Below, piece by piece: positions 50,422 to 61,925 of a stretch of 64,000 nucleotides of DNA. Location of the stretch: assembly GCA_963668025.2 (NCBI GenBank), contig CAXXTH010000017.1, positions 128,001 through 192,000 of the forward strand. Reading direction: 5' to 3'. The position numbers and the translations under genes are program-made. Position 1 is the stretch's first letter. Each line of letters starts with the position of its first letter. The notes beneath the pieces are model-generated. The model was not told the origin of the DNA. It did not search any database and worked only from the letters and a program-made list of their open reading frames with translations. This DNA is from Candidatus Hydrogenedentota bacterium. GTDB lineage: Bacteria > Hydrogenedentota > Hydrogenedentia > Hydrogenedentales > SLHB01.

Positions 50422-53400
50422 ATGCCTGTTTTATCCTGGAATGAAATCCGCATGCGCGCCGTCGACTTTTCCCGCGAATGGGCGGGCGCACGGGAGGAAC
50501 GAGCCGAGGCGCAGACGTTCTGGAACGAGTTCTTCCATGTCTTCGGCATCCGCCGCCGCACGGTTGCGACCTTCGAAGAGCCTGTTAAAAGCCTGAAAAA
50601 CACCTATCACCGCATCGACCTATTCTGGAAAGGACGGCTTCTCGCCGAGCATAAAAGCGCGGGGGAGGATCTGGACAAGGCCAAATCGCAGGCTTTCCAG
50701 TATATACAAGAGCTTGTCGCTTCCGGCCGACAGGACGAAGTTCCCCGATACATACTGCTGAGCGATTTTAACCGCATGGTGCTTTATGACCTTGAACCGG
50801 AAGAAGGCGATCCGGAGCATGTCTCGTTTAATTTGATTGATCTGCATGCCCATCTTGGGCATTTCGCGTTCTTCATCGGGCAGAAGGTGCATCGGTTTGG
50901 CGAAGAAGACGAGGCCAACCTTAAAGCTGCGGCGATCATGGCCGATCTGCATGATGCTGTCTCCGAAGGGCATTACGACGCGAAATCCCTCGAACGCCTG
51001 CTGGTTCGCCTGCTGTTTTGCCTTTTCGCTGATGACACGGGCATCTTTGAATCCGCCCAGTTTGAATGCTTTATCCTGAACTGCACGCGCGAAAACGGCT
51101 CCGACTTAGGCGCACAACTTAACGCCCTTTTCGATGTGCTCAATACGCCTAGGGAGAAGCGGCCCAGTTATCTCGATGATGATCTGTCCGTGTTTCCATA
51201 TGTGAATGGCGAGCTGTTCAAGGAATCGCTGCCAGTCGCTGGATTCAGCGCCACCATGCGCAATGCTATCATCACCGCCTGCCGTTTCGACTGGTCGCGC
51301 ATTTCGCCCGCCATATTCGGCTCCCTGTTCCAGGGCATCATGGACGCCAAGGAACGCCGCCAGATTGGTGCGCATTACACTTCCGAACGCGATATCATGA
51401 AAGTGATCCGCCCCCTATTCCTCGATGCATTGCGGGAGGAATTCGAGCAAATTCAAAAAGATAGCAGGAAAAGCCATCGACAAAACCGCCTGATGGCATT
51501 GCGGCAAAAGCTCACCACCCTGCGTTTCCTGGATCCGGCCTGCGGTTGCGGCAACTTCCTCGTCATCGCCTACCGGGAACTACGCCGCTTGGAGCACGAT
51601 ATTCTGCATGAGCTGTATCTATTTAGTTTACATGGCGAGGAGCTTGATCTCGGTGAAGAAGGCCGGGTGTCCCGCGTCGATGTGGACCAGTTCTTCGGCA
51701 TCGAGATGGGCGAATGGCCTGCCCGCATCGCCGAGACCGCCCTCTGGCTCACGGACCACCAAATGAATCTTGAACTGTCCAAAGCCTCGGGCCATCTCTT
51801 CCAGCGCATACCCTTGCGGGCCGCGCCTCATATCCGATGCGCCAACGCCTTGCGTTTCGATTGGAATGACCTTCTTCCCTCCAAGGAATGCAGTTATGTG
51901 TTGGGCAATCCGCCTTTCGTGGGGGCAAAATTCCAGACCGCCAGCCAGAAAGTCGATGTGAAGCTGGTGGTGGGCGATGAGGACCACGCCGGATTGCTGG
52001 ATTACGTCGCTATGTGGTATTTCCTCGCCGCGCGATACATCAGGGGAACCCGCGTCCGCTGCGCCTTCGTGTCCACAAACTCCATCTCGCAAGGCGAACA
52101 GGTGGGCGTGTTGTGGTCGAAATTATACAGCCAGGGCGTCAAGATTCATTTCGCCCACCGCACGTTCGCATGGCAAAGCGAAGCGAAAGGCAAAGCCCAT
52201 GTCCATGTAATCATCATCGGATTCGGACTAGGAAATGTGGAAAAGAAACTGATCTATGAATATGAGGACATCAAAGGCGAGCCTAAAGCCATCGAAGTCT
52301 TTAATATCGCGCCCTATCTCGTCGAAGGAGGCGATATCACCATCCGCAACCGCATGAAACCGTTATGCGATGTGCCGGAGATTGGCATTGGCAATAAGCC
52401 GATTGATGGCGGAAATTATCTATTTGACGAAGAGGAAAAGGCGGCGTTCCTTGAACGCGAACCCAATGCGGAGAAGTACTTCCGCCCCTGGATAGGCTCG
52501 GTCGAGTTTCTTCATGGTTACCATCGCTGGTGTTTGTGGCTCGGTGACGCGTCTCCGAAGGAGTTGCGCGAGATGCCCGAGTGCCGGAAACGCATACAAG
52601 CAGTCAAACGATACCGTATGATGAGTAAAAGCTATCCCACAAGAAGATTAGCTGAAACACCGGAACGCTTCCATGTGGAGAATTTCCCTGAGAGCAGTTT
52701 TCTAGTACTTCCCGAAGTGAGTTCGGAAAAACGCAAGTATATTCCGATTGGTTATTTATCCCCTCCAGTGATTTGCAGTAATCTTGTTAAGATCATGCAT
52801 GATGCCACTCTCTACCACTTCGGCACCCTAACGAGCGCCATGCATATGGCCTGGGTGCGGCAGGTTTGCGGGCGGTTAAAATCGGATTTTCGTTATTCCG
52901 CCAAGCTCGTGTACAATAATTACCCTTGGCCGCTGGAGGCCACGGAAGCCAAGCGCGCGCGAGTCGAAGCATGCGCCCAGAAGGTGCTCGACGTGCGCCA
53001 GCGGTATCTGGATACAGGCAATACGCTGGCGGATCTATATGACGCGGTTTGCATGCCCGCCGTGCTGGTGAAAGCCCATATCGCCCTCGACCGCGCCGTG
53101 GACCGCTGCTACCGGCGCGAACCGTTTCCATCCGACCGCGAACGGGTCGAGTATTTGTTCGGCCTTTATGAATCCCTCACCGCGCCACTGGCGCCATCCG
53201 CGCCTGCTAAAAAATCGCGGCGGAAAAAACAGGTAATCGCATTCATTTTTTCTTCACCCGCTCCGCGACCAAGCAGGCCGCGCCGAGGGCTACGGCGTCA
53301 TCACCCAGGCGGGCGGCCACAAGGCGCACGCCTTGGCGCAGGAAAGGCATGGCGTGGTCCTCGATGCCGCGTGCGGCTTCATCGAGATAGAGCGCGGGCA

Positions 53401-53445
53401 TGGCCTCGACCAGCCCGCCGCCCAGCACCACCGCTTCCGGGCTGA
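50422..53445 (+). CDS. MmeI-family type IIL restriction-modification enzyme (true stop probably near 53236)
   Basis: LSWNEI, QTFWNEFF, RIDLFW..AEHKS nuclease, GAHYTS, LDPACGCGNF, GNPPF, SSEKRKYIPIG; the tail after KKSRRKK is antisense to the ROK gene. Confidence 0.93.
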   Translation: MPVLSWNEIRMRAVDFSREWAGAREERAEAQTFWNEFFHVFGIRRRTVATFEEPVKSLKNTYHRIDLFWKGRLLAEHKSAGEDLDKAKSQAFQYIQELVASGRQDEVPRYILLSDFNRMVLYDLEPEEGDPEHVSFNLIDLHAHLGHFAFFIGQKVHRFGEEDEANLKAAAIMADLHDAVSEGHYDAKSLERLLVRLLFCLFADDTGIFESAQFECFILNCTRENGSDLGAQLNALFDVLNTPREKRPSYLDDDLSVFPYVNGELFKESLPVAGFSATMRNAIITACRFDWSRISPAIFGSLFQGIMDAKERRQIGAHYTSERDIMKVIRPLFLDALREEFEQIQKDSRKSHRQNRLMALRQKLTTLRFLDPACGCGNFLVIAYRELRRLEHDILHELYLFSLHGEELDLGEEGRVSRVDVDQFFGIEMGEWPARIAETALWLTDHQMNLELSKASGHLFQRIPLRAAPHIRCANALRFDWNDLLPSKECSYVLGNPPFVGAKFQTASQKVDVKLVVGDEDHAGLLDYVAMWYFLAARYIRGTRVRCAFVSTNSISQGEQVGVLWSKLYSQGVKIHFAHRTFAWQSEAKGKAHVHVIIIGFGLGNVEKKLIYEYEDIKGEPKAIEVFNIAPYLVEGGDITIRNRMKPLCDVPEIGIGNKPIDGGNYLFDEEEKAAFLEREPNAEKYFRPWIGSVEFLHGYHRWCLWLGDASPKELREMPECRKRIQAVKRYRMMSKSYPTRRLAETPERFHVENFPESSFLVLPEVSSEKRKYIPIGYLSPPVICSNLVKIMHDATLYHFGTLTSAMHMAWVRQVCGRLKSDFRYSAKLVYNNYPWPLEATEAKRARVEACAQKVLDVRQRYLDTGNTLADLYDAVCMPAVLVKAHIALDRAVDRCYRREPFPSDRERVEYLFGLYESLTAPLAPSAPAKKSRRKKQVIAFIFSSPAPRPSRPRRGLRRHHPGGRPQGARLGAGKAWRGPRCRVRLHRDRARAWPRPARRPAPPLPG

Positions 53446-54229
53446 GAATGTTGATTAGGTTGCCTGCTGCGATGCCGATGTAATACGCCGCCTTGCGCAC
53501 CACGCCTTCAACCAATGCGTCGCCCGCCTCGATGGCCTTGGCGATGGCGCTGCTGCGGATGTTGGCGAGGTCCGTGCCGCAGTTTTCGAGAATGTAGGGT
53601 GCGTCCTCGCGGGCGGCGAGGGCGGCGATCTCGGCGGCGATGGCGATGCGAGACGCCACGGCTTCGAGGCAGCCCCGTTTGCCACAGCCGCAGTAGGGGC
53701 CGTTCACATCAATGGTCATATGGCCAATTTCGCCCGCCGCACCGGAGAAGCCGTGGAGCAGCTTGCCGTTGATGATGATGCCGCCGCCTATGCCCGTGCC
53801 GGGGAAAATGCCCACGGCATCCTCGCAAGCACTGATCTCTTCGTTGAAACGCCATTCACCATACGTGCCCATATTGACATCATTGTCCACGGCGGCTGGC
53901 GTATTGAAATGCTTTGACAGCACATCGGCCAAGGGAAAGTTTTTCCATCCCAGATTGGGTGTGTCGATGATCGTGCCCGTTTTGGGATCAAGCGGCCCCG
54001 GCGAACCCACTCCGATGCCTTTAAGCTTAGGCTTGCCCGCATCTTCAATGGCTTCTTCGATCACCCGGATGATGCGCGTCTCGACAGGTTCATCGCCTTT
54101 CCGGGTCTTGCTTTTTTTACGGCAACGGCCCACGGCCTCGAACTTATGGTTGTACACCACGGCCATCATTTTCGTACCGCCGATATCGAGGCCTATGACA
54201 TGTTCTCCTGGACGCAGCAGCTTCTCCAT
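53243..54229 (-). CDS. ROK-family sugar kinase
   Basis: GLDIGGTK, GSPG, DNDVN, GTGIGGG, GEIGH, CGCGKRGCLE. Confidence 0.92.
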   Translation of the reverse strand: MEKLLRPGEHVIGLDIGGTKMMAVVYNHKFEAVGRCRKKSKTRKGDEPVETRIIRVIEEAIEDAGKPKLKGIGVGSPGPLDPKTGTIIDTPNLGWKNFPLADVLSKHFNTPAAVDNDVNMGTYGEWRFNEEISACEDAVGIFPGTGIGGGIIINGKLLHGFSGAAGEIGHMTIDVNGPYCGCGKRGCLEAVASRIAIAAEIAALAAREDAPYILENCGTDLANIRSSAIAKAIEAGDALVEGVVRKAAYYIGIAAGNLINILSPEAVVLGGGLVEAMPALYLDEAARGIEDHAMPFLRQGVRLVAARLGDDAVALGAACLVAERVKKK

Positions 54230-54349
54230 GGCATTCCTCCCGTGATTTCCAAAGGCAGCATAACATCCTGGAGACAGTGGTTCTAGGTGGTTAAAAAATT
54301 CGGTTTTCCTCACTACCCAGAATTCAGACTATCAGCGCCATGCCCGTCT

Positions 54350-55522
54350 TTACGCGAGCGCCAGGAGCCCCGCGCCGTCGGCGGGAGTCGAGACGAAGGC
54401 GCGGCCATTAAGGCCGGTGTGCGCGTGGTAGCCTGCGAGAAGTTGTTCCGTGAAGGTAGCGATGCGGCCTTTGGCCACGAGGCTGACGGTGCAGCCGCCG
54501 AATCCCGCACCGGTCATGCGTGACCCATAGCAGCCTTCGATGGACTGCGCCACGGCGGCCATGGCGTCAAGTTCGGGGCAAGTCACTTCGTAATCATCGC
54601 GCAGGCTGGCGTCCGATGCGTTCATAAGCGTACCCAAGGCCGCCGCATCGCCCGCGCGCAAGGCGTCGCAGGCTTGCTGGGTCCGGGCGTTTTCCGTGAT
54701 GATGTGGCGTGCGCGGCGGTAGATCACATCGGCCATTTCGCTGCGCGAAGCTTCTAGGTCTTCGAGTGTGAAATCGCGCAGGTGCGTGCCTGTATGCCCG
54801 AGGCGCTTGACCATGGCGGCCACGGCTTCGCGGCATTCGGCCACGCGTTCGTTGTATTTCGAGCCGGTGAGGCCGCGTGACACGGCGGTATCGGCGATCA
54901 CGAAAGCGGCATTGGGAAGCGCGGCAGGCACGAGCTCGTATGCATGGCTGCGGCAATCGAGAAAGAGCACGTGGTTTTTACGGCCCATGCGCACAATAAA
55001 CTGGTCCATGATGCCGGAGTTGAGGCCGAGGAATTGGTTCTCGACGCGCTGGCCGAGCTGGGGCCCGGCAGGGCCTTCGATGTGGAAACCGCCCAATTTC
55101 TCGAAAAGAACCAGTGCGGCCATTTCGAGGCTCGCGGAACTGCTCAGTCCCGCGCCGATGGGCACATCGCCCAAGATAAGCACATCCGCGCCGTGAAGCG
55201 GCTTGCCCAGCTTGGCCAGCTCATCCGCCACGCCCACGATGTAGTCAATCCACGGCTCTTCCGCATTACGCGCACGCTGGGTGAGGTCCGTTTGCACTTC
55301 CCGGTCAAAGTTGCCCGCATACGCATGGAACACCTGGTCCGCGCGCGGATTCGCCAGCAGCAGCGTTTCCTGCTCGATGGCCATGGGCAGCACGAATCCG
55401 TGGTTATAGTCCGTGTGTTCGCCAATGACATTCACCCGCCCCGGCGCGCGCGCGATAATGGCCGGCTCCTTGCCGAACCGGGAAACGAACTGTCCCACTG
55501 CTTGATGCACATCGATACTCAC
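54350..55522 (-). CDS. galK: Galactokinase
   Basis: APGRVNVIGEHTDYN, PIGAGLSSSAS, GIMDQ, RMTGAGFGG. Confidence 0.96.
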   Translation of the reverse strand: MSIDVHQAVGQFVSRFGKEPAIIARAPGRVNVIGEHTDYNHGFVLPMAIEQETLLLANPRADQVFHAYAGNFDREVQTDLTQRARNAEEPWIDYIVGVADELAKLGKPLHGADVLILGDVPIGAGLSSSASLEMAALVLFEKLGGFHIEGPAGPQLGQRVENQFLGLNSGIMDQFIVRMGRKNHVLFLDCRSHAYELVPAALPNAAFVIADTAVSRGLTGSKYNERVAECREAVAAMVKRLGHTGTHLRDFTLEDLEASRSEMADVIYRRARHIITENARTQQACDALRAGDAAALGTLMNASDASLRDDYEVTCPELDAMAAVAQSIEGCYGSRMTGAGFGGCTVSLVAKGRIATFTEQLLAGYHAHTGLNGRAFVSTPADGAGLLALA

Positions 55523-55606
55523 GGTAGCCTCTCCTTATATAGGGCAAACACGACACAGATTTTTTACCACGAAATACATGGCGCAGCTTGGCCGCAACCA
55601 AAGATT

Positions 55607-56139
55607 CGGATTTTGAGACCACGAAATACACGAAACACACTAAAATTTGTAGGGTGGGGCTTGCCCCACCGCTCAAAGGATGCATCTGCCATAATACTAT
55701 ATAAAATCGTAAGTTCTAACCAGTTAATACATATTGATTTCCCAAGAGAATCTTCTCAAGAAAACAATGTTTTGCCAAATATTAGTACGAAATACACTAA
55801 GATCGGCCAGCAAACATATTGTTTAGAGTCTTCCTTTGCTTTTTACACACTCATCAAATCTGTGTCATCAGCGTCATCTGTGGATCCAAAATTTTGAAAT
55901 CCACAGATGACGTTGATGACACAGATTCAACACCACACGGGCAACATGACCCTTATCAATTCTGGTGTCGTTCGTACTACTATTTGGCAAAACGTCGTTT
56001 TCTTACGAAAACCTTCCTGAGAAACCATTGCATATCAAATAATTATGTCGAGGACTATATAGGCGTATTCTTTGAGCGGTGGGGCAAGCCCCACCCTACA
56101 AATTTTAGTGTAGCTAGTGTATTTCGTGGTCTTAATCCG
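55607..56139. repeat. ~530-bp nested imperfect palindrome containing two GTAG REPs
   Basis: Arms 55616-55678/56070-56132 (59/63), 55758-55791/55971-56004 (31/34), 55858-55885/55899-55926 (27/28); REP GTAGGGTGGGGCTTGCCCCACC at 55649 and inverted at 56078. Confidence 0.9.
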
Positions 56140-57126
<987 letters not shown>

Positions 57127-57172
57127 AAGTAGATATTAAACTCCTTTAGTAAAAATACTTTTTTCTTTTTTA

Positions 57173-57250
57173 CACAAAGACTCGAAGACACAAAGAGGCT
57201 ATAACCATTGGAATGTATCTTCAGTTTCCTTGTGTCTTCGAGTCTTTGTG
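57173..57250. repeat. Perfect 21-bp inverted repeat (CAC-N4 family, N4=AAAG)
   Basis: CACAAAGACTCGAAGACACAA (57173-57193) / TTGTGTCTTCGAGTCTTTGTG (57230-57250). Confidence 0.85.
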
Positions 57251-57363
57251 GTGAACAAAAAAACGCTATTGCTGAATACACCTTGTTTGAAGCATATAAA
57301 ATGAAGGCAGGTTTGCTCAAATATGCATACCTGCCTTCTTTAAAACTACATCTTGCTTCGTAT

Positions 57364-58475
57364 CTACCGCAATATGGCCGCCTCGGTGTCCGCGTCGAAA
57401 TAGTGGCCTTGGCCATGTCCACATCCAGGACACGAGCCTTGTTGACGGGCGGTTCGGAGGTGGTGTCGATACGGGCGGTGACGGTGTGGCCAGCCACATC
57501 CAGGTAGAGGTAGATCTCGGAGCCCATGGGCTCGACAACCTCGACCACGGCGGTGATGCTCCGGCCTGGCGCGGCTTGCTGGGTGGGATTATCGATAAAG
57601 CTCTCCGGGCGGATGCCCAAGTAGACTTTCTTGCCCGTATATTTTTCGAGGGCGGCGCGGTGCGGCTGGGCCACTTCGAGTGACACTTGGCCGTTGCCGT
57701 CCGTGAAGTACATGGACCGCTTCTCCGCTTTAATCAGCCCCGTGACGAAGTTCATGGGCGGGCTGCCGATGAATCCCGCGACGAATTTGTTGACGGGCTT
57801 GTTGTAGAGTTCGAGGGTGTGAAGCGATCTGCTGGATGAATCCATCAAGCATCACCACGATGCGGTCGCCCATGGTCATGGCCTCGACTTGGTCGTGGGG
57901 TCACGTAAATCATGGTCGATTGCAGGCGCGTATGGAGCTTGCTGATCTCGGCGCGCATTTGAACGCGCAGTTTGGCGTCGAGGTTCGACAACGGCTCGTC
58001 GAAGAGGAATACCTTGGGCTGGCGCACGATGGCGCGGCCTACGGCGACACGCTGGCGCTGGCCGCCCGACAGGGCTTTCGGCTTGCGGTCGAGCAATTCC
58101 GTGATTTTGAGGATTTCGGTCGGCCTCGCGCACGCGGCGGTCGATCTCGTTTTTCGGATATTTGCGGAGCATGAGGCCGAAGGCCATGTTTTTGTAAACG
58201 GTCATATGCGGATACAGCGCGTAATTCTGGAATACCATGGCGATGTCGCGGTTCTTCGGCGGCACATCATTGACGAGCGTATCTCCAATATAAATCTCGC
58301 CTTCCGAGATCTCCTCGAGCCCCGCTATCATGCGGAGCGTCGTGGACTTGCCGCATCCCGAGGGGCCCACGAGGACGACGAATTCCTTGTCGTCGATGAC
58401 GAGATTAGCGTCATGCACGGCAACGACGTTGCCTGGATAGATCTTCTTGACATTTTTCAATTCGACACGCGCCAT
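57364..58475 (-). CDS. MalK/MsmX-type sugar ABC ATPase, split by several frameshifts (probable errors)
   Basis: [19 protein letters not shown]; [16 protein letters not shown]; [14 protein letters not shown] and TOBE; shifted tail [12 protein letters not shown] stops at 57364. Confidence 0.85.
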
Positions 58476-58727
58476 GATGTGAGGGCCTCCTACTCGGCAA
58501 AACCAAAATGATGACCGGAAAACCAACAGCCGCAAAACGAGAATAAGGATACTCGTTTGCATACTACTTGATGGAATTTTCCCAGTCAAGTTGGCCGGAG
58601 CGGCAAATTGGGCCCGAATTCACCTCTGGTTTTCGCCAGTTTCACAAAATCCAATGATTGTACGTATCGCAGATGGGGCTTTGTTGTTACTTTTTTAACA
58701 TGAAAGCTACCCCAATCCACCATGGCG

Positions 58728-59585
58728 TCAAAGCCCAAGAAGGCGTTTGCACACATCGGGCCGGTTAGTAATGAGGGCATCAACGCCCCAATCCGCCAGC
58801 CGGCTCATGTCATCCTCAAGGTCAACGGTCCAAGCGGCGACCGATTTGCCATGCTCATGTATCCATGCAATGCGTTCTGGCGTGAGTGAGCCATGATGGC
58901 AGTTGAAGCCTGCTACGCCAAGGGATTCGCCTGCTTGCATAAAATCCGCCCACTCCTGTGGGTGTTCTCCAACGCCGAGAAGCTCGATGCGCCATTCCGG
59001 GACTAGGCGGAGGGCCGTGGCGCATGCCGCCAGTGAAAAGGATTGCAGCACCACATCCTGGCCCATGCCCCGGGCGCGCACTTCTTCGATAATCCGGCTC
59101 GTAAACTCGGCGTTGGCGCTTGTGCTTGAAGCAAGGATTTGCCGGATGCGCGCGCGGGCTTCCCGAGGCGTAATGGCCTCGCGCGCATACTGGCTGATGC
59201 GCTCGACAAGCATCTCGTCGCCGCCTTGATCTTTAATTTCGATATAGACGCCTATTCGGCCTTTTGCGACAGCAAGTGTTTCCGCGAGCGTAGGTATCGC
59301 CTCGTTTGTAAATGCGGCGTCTTTCCAGGAACCAGCATCTAGCGCTTTGAGCTGTGTGCAGGTATGAGCGTTCACCGCGCCCTTGCCATTGGTGGTGCGT
59401 TCGAGGGCGCTGTCGTGGATCACCATGGCTTCACCATGAAGCGCAGGCTGGCAATCGCACTCGAACCAATCCGCGCCCATGCCAATGGCCAAACGAAATG
59501 CGGCTAATGTGTTTTCCGGCGCATAGGCGCTTGCGCCTCGGTGGGCAATTACGGCGGGCTTCCGGGAATGGGCGTTAAATTGCAT
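58728..59585 (-). CDS. Glycerophosphodiester phosphodiesterase
   Basis: IAHRGAS..PENTLAAF, ECD, IHD, IEIK, WTVD, ITNRP. Confidence 0.92.
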   Translation of the reverse strand: MQFNAHSRKPAVIAHRGASAYAPENTLAAFRLAIGMGADWFECDCQPALHGEAMVIHDSALERTTNGKGAVNAHTCTQLKALDAGSWKDAAFTNEAIPTLAETLAVAKGRIGVYIEIKDQGGDEMLVERISQYAREAITPREARARIRQILASSTSANAEFTSRIIEEVRARGMGQDVVLQSFSLAACATALRLVPEWRIELLGVGEHPQEWADFMQAGESLGVAGFNCHHGSLTPERIAWIHEHGKSVAAWTVDLEDDMSRLADWGVDALITNRPDVCKRLLGL

Positions 59586-59762
59586 GTGTATCCTTCCTTG
59601 GATGGCGGCAAAACGCCCGATAAGGCGGCTGCCTGGGCTTGTTCGTATGCTTAGTTTACTCGGGAGGCATTCATGCCGCAAGGATGCATTCCTGCCCGAT
59701 TCCATGCTAGACTCCGCCACGGTTGCCCGCCAAGGGATTTTGTGAAGGAGCAAACCGGAGCC

Positions 59763-60599
59763 ATGCGTCCCACGCTATTCCATGTATTCGGAACCAGCAT
59801 CCATGCCTACCCGGCCATGCTGGCCCTCGCGTTTATCGCGGGCACGTTGCTGGCGGTGCGTGATGCGGAGCGCCAGCAACTATGGCTTCCCCCCGAGATA
59901 GGATTATGGGCCTTTTTTGGCGCACTCATAGGAGCCAAGGCCTTTCATATTATTCAATATGATACGCCGTGGCATGTTTGGAAGGCGCTGTTGATCTGGC
60001 AGGGCGGGCTGGTGTTTTATGGCGGGCTTCTAGGCGGCATGCTGGCGGCGCTGTTGTTCACGCTTTCGCACAAGACGCCCCCCATTCTAACGGCGGATGT
60101 GATCGCGCCTTATCTGGCCTTGGGAGAAGCCATCACCCGGATCGGCTGTTTTTTGAATGGGTGCTGCTATGGCGCGCCAGCGCATGCGCCTTGGGCGGTC
60201 CAATTTCCCACCAACAGCCCCGCGCATCTTCGGCAGCGATTCGAGGGGCTCATTGGCCCTGATGCGCCTCTGCCGCTTCCGGTCCATCCAACCCAGTTGT
60301 ACATGATCGCGGGGCTGGCAGCCGCTTTTATCATCTTAAAACTCGTGCGGCGCCGGCAACGTTTTCATGGGCAGGTGGCCTTATTATATGCCGTTTTATA
60401 TGGGTTGATCCGTTTCACCGTCGAGATATTTCGCGGCGACAGCGCCCGTTCGGTAGCGGATATGACGGTTTCGCAGTCCATCAGCCTTGCGCTGATACTG
60501 ATTGGCGTGGCGATATATGGCGCCGCCATATGGCGGGGCTGGGGCGCAATCCCTTGTGAGGCGGGATGCGTTACGAAAGAAGCCGATGGGCATAGCTGA
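59763..60599 (+). CDS. lgt: Prolipoprotein diacylglyceryl transferase
   Basis: WQGGLVFYGG, RIGCFLNGCCYG, HPTQLY, RFTVEIFR. Confidence 0.92.
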   Translation: MRPTLFHVFGTSIHAYPAMLALAFIAGTLLAVRDAERQQLWLPPEIGLWAFFGALIGAKAFHIIQYDTPWHVWKALLIWQGGLVFYGGLLGGMLAALLFTLSHKTPPILTADVIAPYLALGEAITRIGCFLNGCCYGAPAHAPWAVQFPTNSPAHLRQRFEGLIGPDAPLPLPVHPTQLYMIAGLAAAFIILKLVRRRQRFHGQVALLYAVLYGLIRFTVEIFRGDSARSVADMTVSQSISLALILIGVAIYGAAIWRGWGAIPCEAGCVTKEADGHS

Positions 60600-60613
60600 T
60601 GCGTTTTTAGTTC

Positions 60614-61831
60614 ATGGCGCATAAGACAACACGGGATATGAGAAAAACGATGCGCGGACAGGTGATGCTACAAGGAGCAATGGCGGTATTGGCGCTAGGA
60701 TTCTGCGGCTGCTGGATGCTACCGGCCAAATTGAACGCGCCATTACAGCCAGGCCAAGCGCGGGCCATGCATGTCACGGAAAATTTTACCGCGAATACTG
60801 AAGGGGCCGCGAAAGGCGCAATCTTTAGCCAGAACGTAGACATGGTGATGCGCCTCCAGGCGGAAGCAAGTGGAAATGGCGGCCAATCACGTATCTCGGC
60901 GGCATTCGATTCATTCAATTTGACGCAAGCAGGCACGGCGGGGCCCTTAGTATTCGCCCATCCGCCCATCCCGGTTATTGCGCGGTTCATTGCACCGGAT
61001 CTGTCTGGGGTAATAGGGAAATCGATTTCGTTCGCCAGGACGCCTGATGGCCGGATATCTGAATTGGAAGGACACGACGCCCTGCTGGCCGCCATGCATG
61101 TTCCAAGCGACTTGTCGCCCATCATGTCCGCTTTGAAATACCCCAGGTTATCCAAAGCACACGCCGAGGAAATCAGCAAAAAGCGTATGGCTCAGCTCGA
61201 ACGACGGTTTAACGCTGAAGGCGAAACGGCATTTTTCCAAAATCTATTGGTGATGCGGCCGGATAAATCCATGCGGCCAGGGGAATCCTGGAGTGAAACT
61301 GGGCTCTATGTGGGAGAACTGCCCGTGCCCGCCACCTTTACGTACACCATTCGCTCGAAAAACGCCATGCGTGTGATCGCGGATGTATCTATCACCATAC
61401 CCGAACAGGAAACCGCCGAACCGTTCTGCTTGACCTTCGGCGAAATGACGCTCCGGTTCAAAGAAGGCAAAGGCGAAGGCGAGGTTTGGCTGGATCCAAA
61501 AACAGGCTGGCTCCTGCGAAGCCATTTCGCCATTGATGCATCGGGGGAAATCACCCCCAGCCGGACATTTGACAAGAAAGCGCTTCCGTTCACCATGCGT
61601 TTGACCAAGAACGTTACCGTATCGATTGCTGATGGCACACCTGTTCCTACACCTGAATCCGTTCCTACACCTGAATCCGTTCCAGCACCTGAAACTGTTC
61701 CAGCACCTGAAACTGTTCCAGCACCTGAAACTGTTCCAGCACCAGAAGCTGCTCCAGCACCAGAGGCTGTTCCTGCGCCAGAAACCGTTCCTGCATCGGA
61801 ACCGCCCTCTACACCTGCGCAAGCACAATAG
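60614..61831 (+). CDS. Putative lipoprotein (DUF6263-like) with Pro-rich repeat tail
   Basis: Lipobox-like GFCGC; PGESW, DPKTGW; paralog of the next gene. Start uncertain. Confidence 0.65.
   Translation: MAHKTTRDMRKTMRGQVMLQGAMAVLALGFCGCWMLPAKLNAPLQPGQARAMHVTENFTANTEGAAKGAIFSQNVDMVMRLQAEASGNGGQSRISAAFDSFNLTQAGTAGPLVFAHPPIPVIARFIAPDLSGVIGKSISFARTPDGRISELEGHDALLAAMHVPSDLSPIMSALKYPRLSKAHAEEISKKRMAQLERRFNAEGETAFFQNLLVMRPDKSMRPGESWSETGLYVGELPVPATFTYTIRSKNAMRVIADVSITIPEQETAEPFCLTFGEMTLRFKEGKGEGEVWLDPKTGWLLRSHFAIDASGEITPSRTFDKKALPFTMRLTKNVTVSIADGTPVPTPESVPTPESVPAPETVPAPETVPAPETVPAPEAAPAPEAVPAPETVPASEPPSTPAQAQ
61643..61804 (+). repeat. Intragenic 18-bp tandem repeat, 9 units (VPxPEx)
   Basis: GTTCCTACACCTGAATCC x2, GTTCCAGCACCTGAAACT x3, then four degenerate units. 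Confidence 0.92.
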
Positions 61832-61925
61832 TTGCGGCGGCCCTATTGAACCAATGGCTTCATTATGCTATTACATCGGTATCGGGGCATGGTTCTCAAC
61901 CGCACACGAAAGAGGGGTTCATGAT

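Noticed and set aside
55560-56139. Repeat cluster as CRISPR or as coding ORFs 55404-55685 and 55819-56256
   Set aside because: Repeats are inverted and nested, not regularly spaced; the ORFs are translations of repeat arms.
61643-61804. Tandem repeat as a possible CRISPR array
   Set aside because: 18-bp in-frame units with no spacers and no cas genes.
61626-61925. N-terminal extension with LFQHLK repeats on the 398-aa ORF
   Set aside because: Off-frame reading of the 18-bp repeat; the real start is 61926 with RBS and lipobox.
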